DNA from: Desulfotalea psychrophila LSv54
GTDB lineage: Bacteria > Desulfobacterota > Desulfobulbia > Desulfobulbales > Desulfocapsaceae
Length of the DNA stretch: 32,000 bases
Direction of reading: 5' to 3'
Assembly: GCF_000025945.1 (NCBI RefSeq)
Contig: NC_006138.1
Coordinates: 990,001-1,022,000, forward strand
In this document: in pieces, positions 28,743 to 32,000 of the stretch
Layout: every line of letters begins with the position of its first letter
Numbering within the stretch: position 1 is the first letter of the stretch
The notes under the pieces: generated by a model
Database searches by the model: none
What the model saw: only the letters and a program-made list of their open reading frames with translations
What the model was told of the DNA's origin: nothing
Made by a program: the position numbers and the translations under genes

Positions 28743-29519
28743 ATGTATAATGATATGCTAAAAACTGGAATCTATGTAGATGCTGAAAATATCCGTATGT
28801 GCGGTGGTTACGGCATGCGATATGACGTTTTGGTAGAGCTTGCCGGTTCGGGTAATGCAGCTCTTTTACGGGCGAACTCCTATGTGGCAGAGGATCGGGA
28901 ACGGACAAAAGACGATGCTGAATATCGCCATAAATTATACCGTTATCACGATGTTCTTCGTCAGTGTGGTTTTAAGGTTATCAAGAAATTCGTCAAACAC
29001 TTTGTTGATGATGAGGGAATCCTTACCACCAAGGCCAATGCCGATATGGATCTTGCCATTGATGCCCTGCTTCAGGCAAGAAATCTCGATCGAATAATCC
29101 TCTTAACCGGTGATAGTGACTTTATCCGTCTTATACTGGCCCTGCAAAATATGGGTTGTCGGGTGGAGGTTATTGCCTTTAAACATGTGAGCCAGGAGCT
29201 GAAAGAGTGTGCCGATAATTTTCTTTCCGGTTATCTGATCCCGGGGCTTCTTCCCTTTACCACGGGTGGCGATCATAACAGGCAGCGTGGTATCCCCATT
29301 AACTACAATGCTGAACGTGGTTTTGGTTTTATGCGCTACTATTCAATGAACGCTGAGGGTCTGCTCAATGCCGAGTCGGTCTTTTTTCACTGTTCAAAGG
29401 CCCCTGATGCAAACGATGCGCTTTTTCTTGATTCATCCAATATTTTTGAATTCAGCATTGTGCAAAATTCGGATAATGGTCGCACTGAGGCCAGTGATAT
29501 TCGTTGGCTAGAGGTGTAA
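28743..29519 (+). CDS. NYN (LabA/DUF88-like PIN-fold nuclease) domain fused to a C-terminal cold-shock (CSD) domain
   Basis: NYN signatures: GIYVDAENI, KANADMDLAIDAL, IILLTGDSDFIRLILALQNMGCRVEVIAF. C-terminal CSD with RNP1-like RGFGFM and RNP2-like VFFHCS, in the arrangement G.I.NYNAERGFGFM...VFFHCS...F.F. Confidence 0.75.
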   Translation: MYNDMLKTGIYVDAENIRMCGGYGMRYDVLVELAGSGNAALLRANSYVAEDRERTKDDAEYRHKLYRYHDVLRQCGFKVIKKFVKHFVDDEGILTTKANADMDLAIDALLQARNLDRIILLTGDSDFIRLILALQNMGCRVEVIAFKHVSQELKECADNFLSGYLIPGLLPFTTGGDHNRQRGIPINYNAERGFGFMRYYSMNAEGLLNAESVFFHCSKAPDANDALFLDSSNIFEFSIVQNSDNGRTEASDIRWLEV

Positions 29520-29547
29520 TTAATTTATAAGGAGGAGGGGTGACAGA

Positions 29548-30390
29548 ATGGTTGATGCTACTCAGTTAGAATTTTGGCTTGGCAAATTTCAAGTGTTGAT
29601 GATGGACTATGGGGTGAAAATTCTTACGGCTCTGCTCATCGTTCTCTTGGGACGTTGGCTGGCAAAAAAAATTACTAACATTGCTCTAAAGCTTATGACG
29701 CAAAGGGGCGTCGAGATTACCCTGTCCCGTTTTTTAGATAATATTATCTACTATACCCTGCTCGCCATGGTGCTCATTACCGCCCTTGGTCAACTGGGGG
29801 TGCAGACCGCCTCTTTTGTTGCCATTTTGGGTGCTGCCTCTCTTGCCGTAGCTCTTGCCCTGAAGGATTCTCTCTCTCATTTTTCCAGTGGGGTTATGCT
29901 CATTCTCTTCCGTCCATTTAAGGTGGGTGATTTTGTTACGGTCAGTGGAGAATCGGGTACAGTTGAGGCCGTTACCATATTCAATACCGTTCTTAAGACT
30001 CCCGATAATCAGCGTAAGATTATTCCAAATGGCCAGGTCTATAATTCCACCATTACCAATGTTACGGTTAATCCCACCAGGCGGGTTGATGTCACCGTGG
30101 GCATTGGTTATGACGATGATATTCGGGCGGCAAAAGAGGTACTTGAGGGTCTTTTGGCTAAACATGATAAGGTGTTTAGCGATCCGGCCCCACTTGTTGC
30201 CGTGAGTGCCCTTGGTGCCTCTTCGGTTGATTTGGTCACCAAGTCATGGGTGAATACCTCGGATTATTGGACGGTTTATTACGCACTGACAGAAGAGATT
30301 AAACTTGCCTTCGATGAGGCGGGAATTTCTATTCCGTTTCCGCAGCAGGACGTACATCTTTTTACCAATCAGGCAGAGCAGAAGGAGTAG
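29548..30390 (+). CDS. mscS: Small-conductance mechanosensitive channel (MscS family)
   Basis: 280 aa. Three N-terminal TM helices, the conserved pore/beta-domain junction LFRPFKVGDFV, then a beta-rich cytoplasmic domain. RBS AAGGAGGAGGGG. Confidence 0.9.
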   Translation: MVDATQLEFWLGKFQVLMMDYGVKILTALLIVLLGRWLAKKITNIALKLMTQRGVEITLSRFLDNIIYYTLLAMVLITALGQLGVQTASFVAILGAASLAVALALKDSLSHFSSGVMLILFRPFKVGDFVTVSGESGTVEAVTIFNTVLKTPDNQRKIIPNGQVYNSTITNVTVNPTRRVDVTVGIGYDDDIRAAKEVLEGLLAKHDKVFSDPAPLVAVSALGASSVDLVTKSWVNTSDYWTVYYALTEEIKLAFDEAGISIPFPQQDVHLFTNQAEQKE

Positions 30391-30395
30391 TTGTT

Positions 30396-30425
30396 AAAGA
30401 CCTCTACCTTGGGTAGAGGTCTTTT
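30396..30425 (+). terminator. Intrinsic terminator after mscS
   Basis: AAAGACCTCTACC (30396-30408) / GGTAGAGGTCTTT (30412-30424), a perfect 13-bp stem (the innermost pairs may open to enlarge the 3-nt loop), running into TTTT (30422-30425). Confidence 0.7.
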
Positions 30426-30428
30426 CCT

Positions 30429-31499
30429 GTGGCTGTACCCCAGCTTTTATGGAGAGCGTTATTGGTGTTTGAGAAGAGTGTTGAATTTGTTTTAAGAAGA
30501 TATCTGGGGCCAGAAGAACTTGAAGGGCTGATTCTTACTTCGTTGGGCAATGGCCGGATAAACGATACTTACCTGGTGGAAAATATCAGAGAACCCTGGG
30601 TGCTGCAGCGCATTAATGCTGAGGTCTTTGCGGAACCTGCCGTTGTTGCCATGAATTTTATAGCGATAAGTCGTCACCTTAATGCAAGAGTCGATAAGAA
30701 ATACCAGTGGCCACGGCATATTCCCAGTCTGACAGGTGATCCCTTTGTCCATGACCGGTCAGGTGATGTCTGGCGTTGCCAGACTTATATACCTTCCTCT
30801 AGCCTTCTGCCTAGCAGGCAGAGTATCTCTGCCATGGGGGCGGCTCTGGCCGCTTTCCACAGGGCTCTAGTGTCCATGGATAGAGAGCTTATACAGGACC
30901 CCCTTCCAGGTTTTCATAACCTTCCTCTATATTTAGAAGAGTATGGTAGTCAGCCCCCCTCGCGGGAGGAAGCCTCTTTACGCTGTGCCCAGCAGCTGGA
31001 GCGGTTTCGAGTCCCGGCCCTCCTCTTTGCGAAGGCCTTGGAGAAGGAGGCCCTGCCGTGCCAATTTATTCATGGTGATCCTAAGCTTGATAATTTTCTC
31101 TTTGACCATGAGGGCAGGGTACTTTCCCTGATAGATCTTGATACCGTCTACTGGGCAAGTCCTCTGGTGGATATTGCCGACGCCCTTCGCTCTCTGCAGA
31201 GTCCGGCTGGTGGTTGGGCTATGGCTGTAGATTTGCATTCCTGTCAAATGTTTCTTCAGGGCTATTTGGCTCTTAAAGTGGATATTTTAGCAGGAAGGGA
31301 AAAGAGTTATCTCTTTGATGCCCTGTTGGCCATTAGCTATGAGTTGGCAGTGCGTTTTTTTACCGATCATCTGGCTGGTGATAGGTATTTTAAGGTAGAG
31401 GAGCATGGTGATAACCTTCGCCGGGCAGAGGAACAGTTTGCCCTGGTTGAGGATATTTTTCTTAAGGAGCTGAGCTTGAGAACTCTATTCCAGTCATAA
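30429..31499 (+). CDS. APH/ChoK-fold phosphotransferase (kinase) of unknown substrate
   Basis: Nucleotide-loop-like LGNGRINDTYLV, catalytic Brenner motif IHGDPKLDNFLF, metal-binding IDLD. The start is uncertain: GTG 30429 abuts the mscS terminator, and in-frame TTG 30462 / GTG 30465 are preceded by GGAGAG. Confidence 0.7.
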   Translation: MAVPQLLWRALLVFEKSVEFVLRRYLGPEELEGLILTSLGNGRINDTYLVENIREPWVLQRINAEVFAEPAVVAMNFIAISRHLNARVDKKYQWPRHIPSLTGDPFVHDRSGDVWRCQTYIPSSSLLPSRQSISAMGAALAAFHRALVSMDRELIQDPLPGFHNLPLYLEEYGSQPPSREEASLRCAQQLERFRVPALLFAKALEKEALPCQFIHGDPKLDNFLFDHEGRVLSLIDLDTVYWASPLVDIADALRSLQSPAGGWAMAVDLHSCQMFLQGYLALKVDILAGREKSYLFDALLAISYELAVRFFTDHLAGDRYFKVEEHGDNLRRAEEQFALVEDIFLKELSLRTLFQS

Positions 31500-31605
31500 C
31501 TCTTTACCTATACCTTGGTGGCGTTGTATGGTAAAAGAGCCTTTCTGGGAAGAGGTTGTTTTGGTGGGAACCTTAAAAAACACTTTTTCTCCACCTTGGA
31601 GTCAG

Positions 31606-31634
31606 CGTTGACCTGAGCTTTATTGAAAGTTATA
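31606..31634 (+). promoter_or_regulatory. Near-consensus sigma70 promoter for tgt
   Basis: TTGACC (31606-31611), a 17-nt spacer, TATAAT (31629-31634), about 45 nt upstream of the tgt ATG. Confidence 0.5.
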
Positions 31635-31667
31635 ATTTTAAAGGCTCCTTGTAATAAAAAAATATGA

Positions 31668-32000
<333 letters not shown>

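Overview
This window looks like an ordinary chromosomal, housekeeping-rich segment. I see no rRNA, tRNA, CRISPR array, IS or transposase, integrase, or recognisable defence or toxin module. The gene content hints at a Desulfobacterota (deltaproteobacterium-like) genome: a KorCAB-type 2-oxoacid oxidoreductase, an MJ0042-type zinc-ribbon protein and an orphan PilT-like ATPase. I cannot verify that taxonomy without a search.

Gene order:
- Plus strand, 1-4988: the 3' end of a UvrD-like helicase, a periplasmic-SBP hybrid histidine kinase, and a translationally coupled REC-HD-GYP regulator.
- Minus strand, 5050-18463: hinT-like, clpA, clpS, holA, ilvA, mntP, korB, korA, a gltD-like korC, and ilvD.
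- Plus strand, 18642-24639: a PilT-like ATPase, a zinc-ribbon/receiver-like protein, a DEAD-box helicase, rpsA and ihfB.
- Minus strand, 24623-25234: tsaC, whose 3' end overlaps ihfB.
- Plus strand, 25566-32000: guaB, guaA, an NYN+cold-shock-domain fusion, mscS, an APH-fold kinase, and the 5' end of tgt. The tgt fragment is open at the window edge and absent from the ORF track.

I did not find a convincing novel multi-gene system. The observations most worth a second look are:
1. ilvD is broken by two separate +1 homopolymer insertions about 85 nt apart, with intact conservation in all three frames.
2. A translationally coupled korC(gltD-like + 2x[4Fe-4S])-korA-korB operon.
3. An orphan PilT-like ATPase paired with a zinc-ribbon/degenerate-receiver protein.
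4. An NYN-nuclease/cold-shock-domain fusion protein.
5. A terminator-like hairpin just upstream of the guaB ribosome-binding site, inside a 331-bp spacer.

All functional calls come from motif recognition by eye. No database search was run.
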